Translations under genes and position numbers: made by a program | Notes under the pieces: generated by a model | The model's input: only the letters and a program-made list of their open reading frames with translations | Told to the model about the DNA's origin: nothing | Database searches by the model: none | Shown: positions 9,408-18,734 of the stretch, in pieces | How positions within the stretch are numbered: the first letter of the stretch is position 1 | How the letters are laid out: each line of letters opens with the position of its first letter | Origin: Planctomycetota bacterium | GTDB lineage: Bacteria > Planctomycetota > UBA1135 > UBA2386 | Direction: 5' to 3' | DNA length: 64,000 bases | Assembly (NCBI GenBank): GCA_046290465.1 | Contig: JBKAGP010000001.1 | Location: forward strand, 4,416,001-4,480,000

Positions 9408-9821
9408 ATGACTCTCGGCAAACGACTGCTCGTCTACTCCGCCCAAGACCCGAACGCACAAGGCCTCACCAAGGTCACCGCAGAATGGGGATGCATGGTC
9501 TCGACCTGTTCGTCGCTCGACGAACTGCGCGGCCGCATCGAGGGGGCCGAGTTCGACTTCGTGCTCTGCGAGCCCTCGACCGACCTCAAGCAACTCATCG
9601 CCGAGAACTCGATCGACGAGACCCTGCAGATGCCGCTCGCGGAGATCGAGAAGCGCCACATCATGCGCGTGCTGTCGTCCACCGGCGGCAACAAGACGCG
9701 CGCTGCGCGCATCCTCGGCATCGACACGAAGACGCTCTACAACAAGCTCAAGGCGTACAAGTCGTCGGAGGAGCTGGCCCGCAAGCGGATGAGCCAGCAG
9801 CCGGGGTCGGTGGCCATCTGA
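9408..9821 (+). CDS. Fis-type HTH regulator with truncated receiver-like N-terminus
   Basis: LAEIEKRHIMRVLSSTGGNKTRAARILGIDTKTLYNKLK is a clear HTH_8; N-terminus resembles REC beta1-beta3; no AAA+ domain. Confidence 0.85.
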   Translation: MTLGKRLLVYSAQDPNAQGLTKVTAEWGCMVSTCSSLDELRGRIEGAEFDFVLCEPSTDLKQLIAENSIDETLQMPLAEIEKRHIMRVLSSTGGNKTRAARILGIDTKTLYNKLKAYKSSEELARKRMSQQPGSVAI

Positions 9822-9966
9822 GACCCCCTCAGCCTCTCCAAATCGACGACGCGTCGGATCGGTGCCATCGGCGGTCCGGCTCGCGTTCGTCCGGTGATCG
9901 ACGCCGCGCCGCATTTCATGGGGTAGGGTTTTTCGGCGCGCCGATTCCGGCAGCCGCCCTGTGCCC

Positions 9967-10221
9967 ATGGAACGCGTCGACAGCCTGATCGCCGAACTCT
10001 CCGTCCGCCACAAGAACGCCGACCCGCGGTTCCTGGCGGCCGTCCGGCCGATGGTCGTCTCGATCCTCGACCCGGCCACCCCCGAGGACGCGCGCGTCCC
10101 CCTGCTCGAGATGCTCGCCGAGACGTTCGAGCGGGACGTGCAGATCCGCGACAACTGCGCGGCCGCGCGCGAGGCCTTCCAGGCCTGGATCGAGGCGATC
10201 AAGCGCCTGCTGCGCGGCTGA
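9967..10221 (+). CDS. Hypothetical helical protein (84 aa)
   Basis: GC3-biased codon usage typical of real genes in this window; no motif recognised. Confidence 0.6.
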   Translation: MERVDSLIAELSVRHKNADPRFLAAVRPMVVSILDPATPEDARVPLLEMLAETFERDVQIRDNCAAAREAFQAWIEAIKRLLRG

Positions 10222-10429
10222 GAATGCCACACTCGCGGCCCTGGCCGTCCCACTTCTGGAGTCTGCGAACTTCTTCGCACCGTCCGGTTTCGGGGGAAAC
10301 GGCGATGCGACCGGCGCCGCCCCATCACGCGCCCTGCCAGACCGTCCGCTGCGCTGCCGACGTGTCCTCATGCGACCGCGCGGCGCGCCGAGAATGGCCC
10401 TGTCGACGACGCGCGAGGACCGCACACCG

Positions 10430-10493
10430 GAAGCCGCGACGGGCCATGATTCGCCGACTTCGATCCTTTGCCTGCAGTGCCCGTCGCGGCTTC
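10430..10493. repeat. Perfect 15-bp inverted repeat with 34-nt loop upstream of prfB
   Basis: GAAGCCGCGACGGGC (10430-10444) and GCCCGTCGCGGCTTC (10479-10493), followed by TACTTTTT. Confidence 0.75.
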
Positions 10494-10561
10494 TACTTTT
10501 TCCGCGCTGCACCAGCACACGCTGGAAACCCCGATGGCGACGCGCCAACATGCTTCGCCCC

Positions 10562-11672
10562 ATGGGTCTGCAAGAACACCAGGAAGTTCTGAAGGCGGCC
10601 GAAGAGCGGCTCCAATCGCTCAAGGTGTCTCTTTGACTACGTTCGCCGCCACCGTGAACTAGCCGACATCGAGAACCGGATGACGCAGCCGGGCTTCTGG
10701 GACAACCCGGAGAACGCGCAGAAGATCGTCCAGGAAAAGAAGTTGTGCGTCAACGTGGTCGAGCCGATCGACCGCCTGACCCAGGTCATCGAGGACGGCA
10801 ACGTGCTCGTCGAGCTGGGTGCCGAGGACGCCGCCAGCGTCGAGGACGACCTGGTCGCCGCGCGCAAGCAGCTGGACGAGGGCATGGACGCCCTCGAGTT
10901 CCAGCTGATGCTCGGCGGCGAGCACGATGCGTCCAACGCGATCGTGACGCTGCAGCCCGGCGCCGGCGGGGTCGACGCCTCGGACTTCGCCGAGATGCTG
11001 CTGCGCATGTACGTGAAGTGGGCGGGCCGGCACGACTACGACGTCGAGGAGCTCGACTTCCAGAAGGCCGAGGAGGCCGGCATCAAGAACGTCACCGTCA
11101 TCATCAAGGGGCCGTATGCCTACGGCCGGATGAAGGCGGAGCAGGGCGTGCACCGGCTGGTGCGGATCTCGCCGTTCGACGGCCAGGCGCGGCGGCAGAC
11201 GTCGTTCGCGTCGGTCGAGGTGGTGCCCGAGCTCGAGGACGACCTCGCCGTCGAGATCCGTAAGGAGGACCTTCGGGTCGACACGTTCCGCGCGTCCGGC
11301 GCCGGCGGCCAGCACGTCAACAAGACCGAGTCCGCGATCCGCATCACGCACCTGCCGTCCGGCATCGTGGTGTCGTGCCAGGCCGAACGCAGCCAGCACA
11401 AGAACCGCGACTCCGCGATGAAGACGCTGCGCTCGAAGCTGTTCCAGCTCGAGCAGGCCAAGCGCGAGGAGGAGCTGGCGAGCTTCTACGGGGACCGCGG
11501 CTCGATCAGCTGGGGCAACCAGATCCGCAGCTACGTGCTGCAGCCCTACCAGATGTGCAAGGACCTGCGCACCGAGATCGAGACCTCGGACGTCTCCGGT
11601 GTGCTCGACGGCGACGTCGACCCGTTCATCGAGGGCTACCTGAAGAAGAGGAAGGACGAGGCGAAGTCATGA
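10562..11672 (+). CDS. prfB: Peptide chain release factor 2, programmed +1 frameshift
   Basis: ORF1 [24 protein letters not shown] ends CTT TGA C (10631-10637). The +1 frame continues [26 protein letters not shown] and GGQ motifs present. Confidence 0.97.
10622..10637 (+). promoter_or_regulatory. RF2 autoregulatory frameshift cassette (internal SD + CTT TGA C)
   Basis: AAGGTG-TCT-CTT-TGA-C matches the conserved prfB shift site. Confidence 0.95.
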
Positions 11673-13249
11673 GGCGTGCGCTCCTGTCGGTAACGGACAA
11701 GCAAGGCATCACCGAGTTCGCGCGGGGGCTGGCCGAGGCCGGCTTCGCGCTGCTGTCGACCGGCGGCACGCGCCGTGAGATCGCGGACGCGGGCGTCGAG
11801 GTGCAGGAGGTCGCGGACTACACCGGCTTCCCCGAGATGATGGACGGTCGCGTCAAGACGCTGCACCCCAAGGTGCACGGCGGCCTGCTGGCGCGTCGCG
11901 ACGACGACCAGCACGTCGCCGCGATGGGCGAGCACGGCATCGACGCGATCGACCTGCTGTGCGTCAACCTCTACCGCTTCCGCGAGACGGTCCGTCGCCC
12001 CGGGATCGGCCGCAACGAGATCGTCGAGAACATCGACATCGGCGGCCCGGCGATGATCCGCAGCGCCGCCAAGAACCACCAGAGCGTCGCGGTCGTCGTC
12101 GACCCCAACGACTACCCGGAGGTGCTGCGTCTGCTCAAGGAGCACGAAGGCACGCTGCCGCCCGACTTCCTGCGCAAGCTCGCCGCCAAGGCCTACGCGC
12201 ACACCGCGGCCTACGACGCGGCGATCGCGCAGTGGTTCGACGGCGAACGTCGCGCGATGTCCGGCGAGCCGTTCTTCTCGCGCAACATCGCCTACTCCGC
12301 CAGCAAGGTCGCCGACCTGCGCTACGGCGAGAACCCGCACCAGAAGGCGGCGTTCTATTCGCTCGGCAACCCTGGCCCGAGCCTCGCCAACGCCAACCAG
12401 CTCGGCGGCAAGGAGCTCAGCTACAACAACATCCTCGACGCCGATGCGGCGATGAAGCTGGCGTTCGAGTTCTCGCGCACCAGCTGCGTGCTGGTCAAGC
12501 ACAACAATCCGTGTGGCACGGCGGTCGCCGACGACCTGCCGCGCGCGTTCGAGCTGGCGCTGTCGGGGGACCCGGTGTCGGCGTTCGGCGGCATCCTCGC
12601 GACCAACCGCACCTTCGACGCCGCGACCGCCAAGGCCGTCGTCGACAGCGGCACGTTCCTCGAGGTCGTGGTCGCGCCGTCGGTCGAACCCGAAGCCGTC
12701 GCCGAGCTGCAGAAGGCCAGGTGGGGTCCCAACGTGCGGGTGCTCGACCTCGGCGGCGCGCCGGACACCACCCAGCGTCACCGCTTCGTCGCGCGCCAGG
12801 TCAGCGGCGGCTTCCTGCTGCAGACCGCCGACATCCCGCCGCAGGCTCCGTCCGACGAGGTCGCGACCAGGCGCGCACCGAGCGACGACGAGAAGAAGGC
12901 GCTCGAGTTCGCCTGGCTGGTCTGCAAGCACGTCAAGTCCAACGCGATCGTGCTCGCGCGCACCGCCGAGGACGGCGCGTGCCTGACCGTCGGCGTCGGT
13001 GCCGGCCAGATGAGCCGCGTCGACTCCGCCAAGATCGCCGTCGACAAGGCCGGCGAACGCAGCAAGGGCTGCGTCGTCGCCAGCGACGCGTTCTTCCCGT
13101 TCGCCGACGGCCTGCTGGTCTGCGCCGAGGTCGGCGCGACCGCGGTGATCCAGCCGGGGGGCAGTAAGCGTGACGCCGAGGTCGTCGCCGCCGCCGACAA
13201 GCACGGCATGGCGATGTGGATGACCGGCCAGCGCCACTTCCGTCACTAG
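11669..13249 (+). CDS. purH: Bifunctional AICAR transformylase/IMP cyclohydrolase
   Basis: RALLSVTDK, GRVKTLHPKVHGG, ENIDIGGP, LRYGENPHQ, KHNNPCG, SDAFFPF, IQPGGS; ATGA overlap with the prfB stop. Confidence 0.97.
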   Translation: MRRALLSVTDKQGITEFARGLAEAGFALLSTGGTRREIADAGVEVQEVADYTGFPEMMDGRVKTLHPKVHGGLLARRDDDQHVAAMGEHGIDAIDLLCVNLYRFRETVRRPGIGRNEIVENIDIGGPAMIRSAAKNHQSVAVVVDPNDYPEVLRLLKEHEGTLPPDFLRKLAAKAYAHTAAYDAAIAQWFDGERRAMSGEPFFSRNIAYSASKVADLRYGENPHQKAAFYSLGNPGPSLANANQLGGKELSYNNILDADAAMKLAFEFSRTSCVLVKHNNPCGTAVADDLPRAFELALSGDPVSAFGGILATNRTFDAATAKAVVDSGTFLEVVVAPSVEPEAVAELQKARWGPNVRVLDLGGAPDTTQRHRFVARQVSGGFLLQTADIPPQAPSDEVATRRAPSDDEKKALEFAWLVCKHVKSNAIVLARTAEDGACLTVGVGAGQMSRVDSAKIAVDKAGERSKGCVVASDAFFPFADGLLVCAEVGATAVIQPGGSKRDAEVVAAADKHGMAMWMTGQRHFRH

Positions 13250-13258
13250 GCGCGTCGC

Positions 13259-13630
13259 ATGGTTGCCCAGAAGGACATCCAGCGCGCCGCCAGGGACGTG
13301 CTGCTCGGTGCGTCGATGCGCCAGGTGGCGCACGAGTATCGCGAACGGCTGATCGAGGACTTCGGGTTCCGGCCCGAAGAGGTCACCCAGGACACGTTCA
13401 AGGACGAGGTCGGCTCGTTCATGCGCGCGCTGGCGCGCCACCTCGGCGACCGGCACCAGGGCGACGCGCGCGTCGGCGAGGCGCTCGAGACGTGGATGCG
13501 GTTCACCGACCACTACGAGGCGTGGGACGCGCTGCTCGCCGGCGCGTTCGACATCGAGGGGCGCGAAGCGCTGATCCGTCGCGGTCGTATGCTGTTCCCC
13601 GGGCCGTTGACGCGGCACTGGGACGAATGA
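13259..13630 (+). CDS. Hypothetical protein
   Basis: 123 aa, typical codon usage, stop overlaps the yggS start (ATGA). Confidence 0.7.
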   Translation: MVAQKDIQRAARDVLLGASMRQVAHEYRERLIEDFGFRPEEVTQDTFKDEVGSFMRALARHLGDRHQGDARVGEALETWMRFTDHYEAWDALLAGAFDIEGREALIRRGRMLFPGPLTRHWDE

Positions 13631-14316
13631 CGTCGATCGCCGACAACTTCCACGAGGTGCGGGCACGGATCGCCGCGGCCTGCGCTGCCGCCGAGCGTGA
13701 CCCCGACGAGGTACAGCTGTTGGCGGTCAGCAAGTTCCATCCGACCGCAGCGGTGCGCGAGGCGATGGCGGCGGGGCAGCGACGGTTCGGCGAGAGCCGC
13801 GTGCAGGAGCTGGTCGCCAAGGCCTCCGACCTGCAGGAGGACGACGACGTGCGCTGGCACCTGATCGGCTCGCTGCAGACCAACAAGGTGCGCGACGTCG
13901 TGCACGTCGCCAACCTCGAGTTGGTGCACAGCGTCGATCGTCGCAAGCTGGCGAACGCGCTGCAGCAGGAGCTCGAGCGCGCCGGCCGCCAGCTCGACGT
14001 GCTGCTGCAGGTCAACGCGTCGGGTGAGGAGCAGAAGCACGGCTGCTCGCCGGACGACGCCGCCGCGTTCCTCGAGCACATGCAGTCGCAGTGCACGGCG
14101 CTGCGCTGCCGCGGCCTGATGGCGATGGGGCCGCTCGCGGGCGCGTCGCGGCCGGTGTTCGACCGCGTCGTCGCGCTGCGAGAGCAGCTGCGGGCTCGTT
14201 CGGGTCTGCCGCTGTTGACGCTCAGCCTCGGCATGTCCGGCGATCTCGACGAGGCGATCGCCGCCGGTTCGACGATGGTGCGGATCGGCACCGCGCTGTT
14301 CGGCGCCCGCGATTGA
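13627..14316 (+). CDS. yggS: YggS family pyridoxal phosphate homeostasis protein
   Basis: LLAVSK, FGESRVQE, WHLIGSLQTNK, LSLGMSGD, STMVRIGTALFG. Confidence 0.95.
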   Translation: MTSIADNFHEVRARIAAACAAAERDPDEVQLLAVSKFHPTAAVREAMAAGQRRFGESRVQELVAKASDLQEDDDVRWHLIGSLQTNKVRDVVHVANLELVHSVDRRKLANALQQELERAGRQLDVLLQVNASGEEQKHGCSPDDAAAFLEHMQSQCTALRCRGLMAMGPLAGASRPVFDRVVALREQLRARSGLPLLTLSLGMSGDLDEAIAAGSTMVRIGTALFGARD

Positions 14317-14347
14317 GCGCGCCGCGCGCGTGCCGTACCGTGCACGC

Positions 14348-15109
14348 GTGGCGACCAAGAAGACATCCAGGAAGAAGGCCGCCGCCAAGGCTGCCGCGAC
14401 CATCGCGCCGTCGGGGCCGCCGCCGGCGCGCGACGAACTGCTCCAGCGGCTGCAGCTGGCGATCCCGAAGCCGGAGTGCGAGCTCGACCACACCGACGGC
14501 TACACGCTGTTGATCGCGACGATCCTGAGCGCGCAGAGCACCGACCGGACCGTCAACACCGTCACGCCGGTGCTGTTCCAGAAGTGGCCGACGCCGGCGG
14601 CGCTGGCATCGGCGCCGCGCGAAGACGTCGAGGAGGTCGTGCACCGCACCGGCTTCTTCCGCAACAAGGCCAAGGCGATCCAGGGCGCCAGCCTGGCGAT
14701 CCACACCGAACACGGTGGTGAGGTGCCGCGCGATCTCGACACGTTGATCAAGCTGCCCGGCGTGGCGCGCAAGACCGCCAACGTCGTGCTCGGGGTCGCC
14801 TACGGCATCCCGTCGGGCATCGTCGTCGACACCCACGTGACGCGGGTCAGCCAGCGGCTCGCGCTGACGAGCGAGAAGAACGCCGAGAAGGTCGAGCGCG
14901 CGCTGTGCGAGCTGTTCGACCGCGACCAGTGGATCGACAGCGGCCACCGGATCCTGCTGCTCGGCCGCTACGTCTGCCTCGCCAAGAACCCGGATTGCGG
15001 CAACTGCCCGATCAACGAGATCTGTCCGTCGCGCGTCGCCGAGCCGATCGGGCCATGGCAAGATCGTGCCGCGCATACCGCCGAACTGGTCGCGAGGCGC
15101 GGCGCGTGA
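14348..15109 (+). CDS. nth: Endonuclease III
   Basis: ILSAQSTD, HhH LPGVARKTANVV, VDTHV, 4Fe-4S loop C-x6-C-x2-C-x5-C. Start could be the GTG at 14330 or 14348. Confidence 0.95.
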   Translation: MATKKTSRKKAAAKAAATIAPSGPPPARDELLQRLQLAIPKPECELDHTDGYTLLIATILSAQSTDRTVNTVTPVLFQKWPTPAALASAPREDVEEVVHRTGFFRNKAKAIQGASLAIHTEHGGEVPRDLDTLIKLPGVARKTANVVLGVAYGIPSGIVVDTHVTRVSQRLALTSEKNAEKVERALCELFDRDQWIDSGHRILLLGRYVCLAKNPDCGNCPINEICPSRVAEPIGPWQDRAAHTAELVARRGA

Positions 15110-15855
15110 TCGAGTTCCGGTCCGTTCGCAAGGTGTTCGTCGGGGACGACGGACGCGAGCACGTCGCGCTGCGCGACGTCGACCTGCGCATCGAGACCGG
15201 CGAACTGCACGTGCTGATCGGCACCAGCGGCTGCGGCAAGACCACCACGCTGCGGCTGGTCAATCGGCTCGAGGAGGCGAGCGACGGCGAGGTGATGGTC
15301 GGCGGCGTCGACGTGCGCACCGAGGACCCGATCGCGCTGCGCCGGCGCATCGGCTACGTGATCCAGACCGGTGGGCTGTTCCCGCACTGGAGCGTCGCGC
15401 GCAACGTCGGCACGCTGTGCGAACTCGAGGGCCACGCCGCCGAGCGCATCGAGGCGCGCACCCGCCAGCTGCTCGACCTGGTCGGGCTGCCGTTCGAGAC
15501 GTTCGGTCGGCGGTTGCCGCGCGAGCTGTCCGGCGGCCAGCGCCAGCGCGTCGGCATCGCCCGCGCGCTCGCTCTGGAGCCCGAATACCTGCTGCTCGAC
15601 GAGCCGTTCGGCGCGCTCGATCCGATCACGCGTGCCGAACTGATCGAGGAGCTGCGGCCGCTGTTCGCCGAACTCGGCAAGACCGTGCTGCTGGTCACCC
15701 ACGACCTCGCGGAGGCGTTCGCGCTCGGCGATCGTGTGACGCTGATGGACGGTGGCCGCGTCGTGCAGACCGGCGTCGAACGGGACTTCCTCGAGCGGCC
15801 GGCCGAGCCGTTCGTCGAGCGCTTCGTCGCCAGCGTGCGCGGGGGTGGGCGATGA
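15106..15855 (+). CDS. Osmoprotectant-type ABC transporter ATP-binding protein (ProV/OpuBA-like)
   Basis: Walker A GTSGCGKTT, IGYVIQ..GLFPH, LSGGQRQR, LLLDEPFGALDPITR. Confidence 0.92.
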   Translation: MIEFRSVRKVFVGDDGREHVALRDVDLRIETGELHVLIGTSGCGKTTTLRLVNRLEEASDGEVMVGGVDVRTEDPIALRRRIGYVIQTGGLFPHWSVARNVGTLCELEGHAAERIEARTRQLLDLVGLPFETFGRRLPRELSGGQRQRVGIARALALEPEYLLLDEPFGALDPITRAELIEELRPLFAELGKTVLLVTHDLAEAFALGDRVTLMDGGRVVQTGVERDFLERPAEPFVERFVASVRGGGR

Positions 15856-17438
15856 GGCTCGCGCTGATGCTGCTGGCGCTCTCCGCGTCCCTTTGCGCGC
15901 AGACCACGATCCGGGTCGGCAGCAAGAAGTTCGCCGAGTCCGCGATCCTCGCCGAGCTGATGGCGCAGATGATCGAGCAGCACACCGAGTTGACGGTCGA
16001 GCGCCGGCTCAACCTGCAAGGCACGATGCTGTGCTGGCAGGCGCTGCAGTCCGGCGAGATCGACCTCTATGCGGAGTACACCGGCACCGGCTGGGCGACG
16101 ATCGTCGGCCGCACCGACAAGGTCACCGATCCGCTGCGCGCGTTCTTCGAAGTGCGCCGCTTCTGCCGCGACGAGCACGACGTGCACTGGCTCGAGCCGT
16201 TCGGCCTCAACAACACCTATGCGCTGGCGATGCGCGAGGACCGCGCGGTCGAGCTCGGCGTCAGCCGCATCTCCGATCTGATCCCGCACCAGGCGTCGCT
16301 GCGCGCCGGGTTCGGCGGCGAGTTCGGCGAACGCGCCGACGGCTACCGCGGCCTGCAGCAGGTCTACGGCCTGCAGCTCGGCGAGGTGCGCGTCGTCGAG
16401 CATGCGCTCGGCTACGAGGCGATCGCCGCGGGCCAGCTCGACCTGATGGACGTCTACTCGACCGACGGCAAGCTGCTGCGGTTCGAGCTGCGGGTGCTCG
16501 AGGACGACCGCCGCTTCTTCCCGCCGTACAACGCCGCGCCGATGGTGCGCGGCGCGACGCTGCGCCAGCACCCGGAGATCGAGGGCGCGCTCGGCCGGCT
16601 CGCGTTCCGGCTGCCGGACCACGACGCGCAGGCGCTCAACTACCTGGTCGAGGCCGAGGGCTTCACGGCGCGGCAGGTCGCGCGCGCGTTCCTCGAGGTC
16701 GAACAGTTGGTCGAAGGCCTCGAGGAGTCGGTCGCTGCCGAGAAGGCGCGGGCCGCGTTCCTGCGGGTTCGACGCGCGCCGCCGGCGCCCGGCGCCGCAG
16801 CCGCCCAGCGACCGGGGTTCTTCGGCACGCTGCAGCGCTCGTGGGGCAAGCTCGGCGAACGAGTGCTGCAGCACCTGCTGTTGACGCTGGCGGCGGTCGG
16901 TCTCGCCTGCGCGCTGGCCATCCCGCTCGGAGTGCGCATGGCCGCCGCCCCGCGCCTGCGCGCGGCGCTGCTGGCGTTCGCCGGGGTCGTGCAGACGATC
17001 CCCAGCCTGGCGCTGCTGGTGTTCCTGATCCCGCTGTTCGGCCTGAGCGCGTGGTCGGCGATCACCGCGCTGTTCCTCTACGCGCTGCTGCCGATCCTGC
17101 GCAACACCTGCACCGGCATCCTCGGTGTGCCCATGGACCTCGTCGACGCGGCGCGCGGCATGGGCATGCGCGACCACGAGATCCTGTGGAAGGTGCAGCT
17201 CCCGCTGGCGATGCCCACGATCCTCGCCGGCGTGCGCACCGCGACGGTCATCAGCATCGGCTTCGCGGTGCTCGCGGCGTTCATCGGCGCGGGCGGTCTC
17301 GGCGGCTTCATCGTCGATGGCCTGGCACTCAACGACATGTCGCTGCTGCTGCTCGGGGCGATGCCGGCGGCGGCGCTCGCGGTGCTCGGCGACCGGTTGC
17401 TCGGTCTGCTCGAACGCGCGCTCAGTCCGCGGCTCTGA
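15852..17438 (+). CDS. Glycine betaine/choline-type ABC transporter, fused substrate-binding + permease
   Basis: VGSKKFAES, YAEYTGTG, GLNNTYAL, FFPPY (OpuAC-like) followed by QTIPSLAL...LLPILRNT..G...DAARGMGM (permease). Confidence 0.92.
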   Translation: MRLALMLLALSASLCAQTTIRVGSKKFAESAILAELMAQMIEQHTELTVERRLNLQGTMLCWQALQSGEIDLYAEYTGTGWATIVGRTDKVTDPLRAFFEVRRFCRDEHDVHWLEPFGLNNTYALAMREDRAVELGVSRISDLIPHQASLRAGFGGEFGERADGYRGLQQVYGLQLGEVRVVEHALGYEAIAAGQLDLMDVYSTDGKLLRFELRVLEDDRRFFPPYNAAPMVRGATLRQHPEIEGALGRLAFRLPDHDAQALNYLVEAEGFTARQVARAFLEVEQLVEGLEESVAAEKARAAFLRVRRAPPAPGAAAAQRPGFFGTLQRSWGKLGERVLQHLLLTLAAVGLACALAIPLGVRMAAAPRLRAALLAFAGVVQTIPSLALLVFLIPLFGLSAWSAITALFLYALLPILRNTCTGILGVPMDLVDAARGMGMRDHEILWKVQLPLAMPTILAGVRTATVISIGFAVLAAFIGAGGLGGFIVDGLALNDMSLLLLGAMPAAALAVLGDRLLGLLERALSPRL

Positions 17439-18333
17439 TCGCCGCGCGCAGTTCGGCGGCTGCGGCGTGCCAGCTGCGCGGCTCGGCGGTCCGTCGGCGC
17501 CGCGGCGGCGGATCCGCTGCCAGCGCCCGCAGCCTGGCGCGAACGTCGTCGTCGTTCGCGTCGGGCGGCAGCAGCGCGCGCGACCGATCGTCCCCGAACG
17601 TCGCCAGCTCGCCGGTGTCGAGTCCGAACAGGACCAGCCCCGCGGCGACGCCCTCCGCCGCCGCCATGCCGAACGACTCGCTGCCGCTCAACGATGCGAA
17701 TACGTCGTGCTCCCGGTAGAGCTCGGCGAGCCGCTCGACCGGCACCGCGTCGAGCACGGTGACCGGTAGCCCCGCGGCCTCGCGGCGCAGCGCCGTGACC
17801 TCACCGGGGTCGCGCGTCATGCTGCCGACCAGGGTCAGCCGCCACGGCGTCGTCAGCGCGCGCAGCATCGCGACCAGCCGCCGCTGGCCCTTGGCCGGAC
17901 AGATCGTGCCGGCGCAGACGAACGCCAGCGTCGGGTCGCCGCGCCGCGGCTGCGGCGTGAAGCACCCGTCGATGCCGGGGCGCACGATGTCGACGCGCCG
18001 CGCCGCCGCGGCGACGGCGCTGGCGGTCGGTTGGCCGGTCGCGACGACGTGCAGCGGAGCCTCGGACCACGGCGTGCGCGCCGGCACCATGTGCAGCAGC
18101 GCGGTGACGTTCGGCGGCAGCGGTGCGTCGAGCAGGTCGGCGAACCAGCCGTCGACGATCACGGTCGCGTCGGGTTGGCCGCGCTGCAGCAGGCGCACGC
18201 AGCGCCGCAGCTCGGGCGGCGCGACCTCGACGCGGCGCGCGGCCGGTCCGAGCGCAGCGACGATGCGTTGCTGGTAGCGGAAGCCACCCGACGGCAGTCC
18301 TTCCGGCCGCGGTGGCTCCAGCAGCACGATCAA
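17422..18333 (-). CDS. Glycosyltransferase family 4
   Basis: SGGFRY, GTICPAKG, ESFGMAAAEG. The TTG start overlaps the upstream stop. Confidence 0.88.
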   Translation of the reverse strand: MIVLLEPPRPEGLPSGGFRYQQRIVAALGPAARRVEVAPPELRRCVRLLQRGQPDATVIVDGWFADLLDAPLPPNVTALLHMVPARTPWSEAPLHVVATGQPTASAVAAAARRVDIVRPGIDGCFTPQPRRGDPTLAFVCAGTICPAKGQRRLVAMLRALTTPWRLTLVGSMTRDPGEVTALRREAAGLPVTVLDAVPVERLAELYREHDVFASLSGSESFGMAAAEGVAAGLVLFGLDTGELATFGDDRSRALLPPDANDDDVRARLRALAADPPPRRRRTAEPRSWHAAAAELRAAIRAAD

Positions 18334-18725
18334 CCGATCGGCCCCTCGTAGCTCGCCCACGCGACCCGACTCTCCTCGAGCGTCACCCGCAGCCCGCCGA
18401 CGAACGAGCCGTCGAACGCCGCGCAGACCTGTCGGTGCACCCACTGCGCGAGGAACTCGGTCGTCGTGTTGTTGCCGGCGAACTCCGGCAGGTCGTCGAG
18501 GTTGGTGAACCGCAGCGGGTCGAGCACTTCTTTCAGCGTCTCGGTCGCCAGGCCGATGTCGACGACGATGCCGTGCGCGTCGAGCCGGTCGGCCACGTAT
18601 TCGGTGATGACCTCGTAGGTGGCGCCGTGCAGGCGCTGCGCCGGCCCGAACACCTCGCCGTTGAGGCTGTGCGCGATCATCACGTGGTCCTTGACGGCGA
18701 CTCGGAACGCGGCGGGGTGCTTCAT
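18330..18725 (-). CDS. 6-pyruvoyl-tetrahydropterin synthase/QueD family paralog (COG0720, PTPS-IV-like)
   Basis: MIAHS...FGPAQRLHGATY...NLD...NTTTEFLA...LEES. Lacks the QueD CxxxHGH motif. Confidence 0.9.
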   Translation of the reverse strand: MKHPAAFRVAVKDHVMIAHSLNGEVFGPAQRLHGATYEVITEYVADRLDAHGIVVDIGLATETLKEVLDPLRFTNLDDLPEFAGNNTTTEFLAQWVHRQVCAAFDGSFVGGLRVTLEESRVAWASYEGPIG

Positions 18726-18734
18726 GGCGGCAGT

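Noticed and set aside
10562..11672. prfB as a frameshifted pseudogene or sequencing error
   Set aside because: The break is the canonical programmed CTT TGA C site with an upstream SD-like motif.
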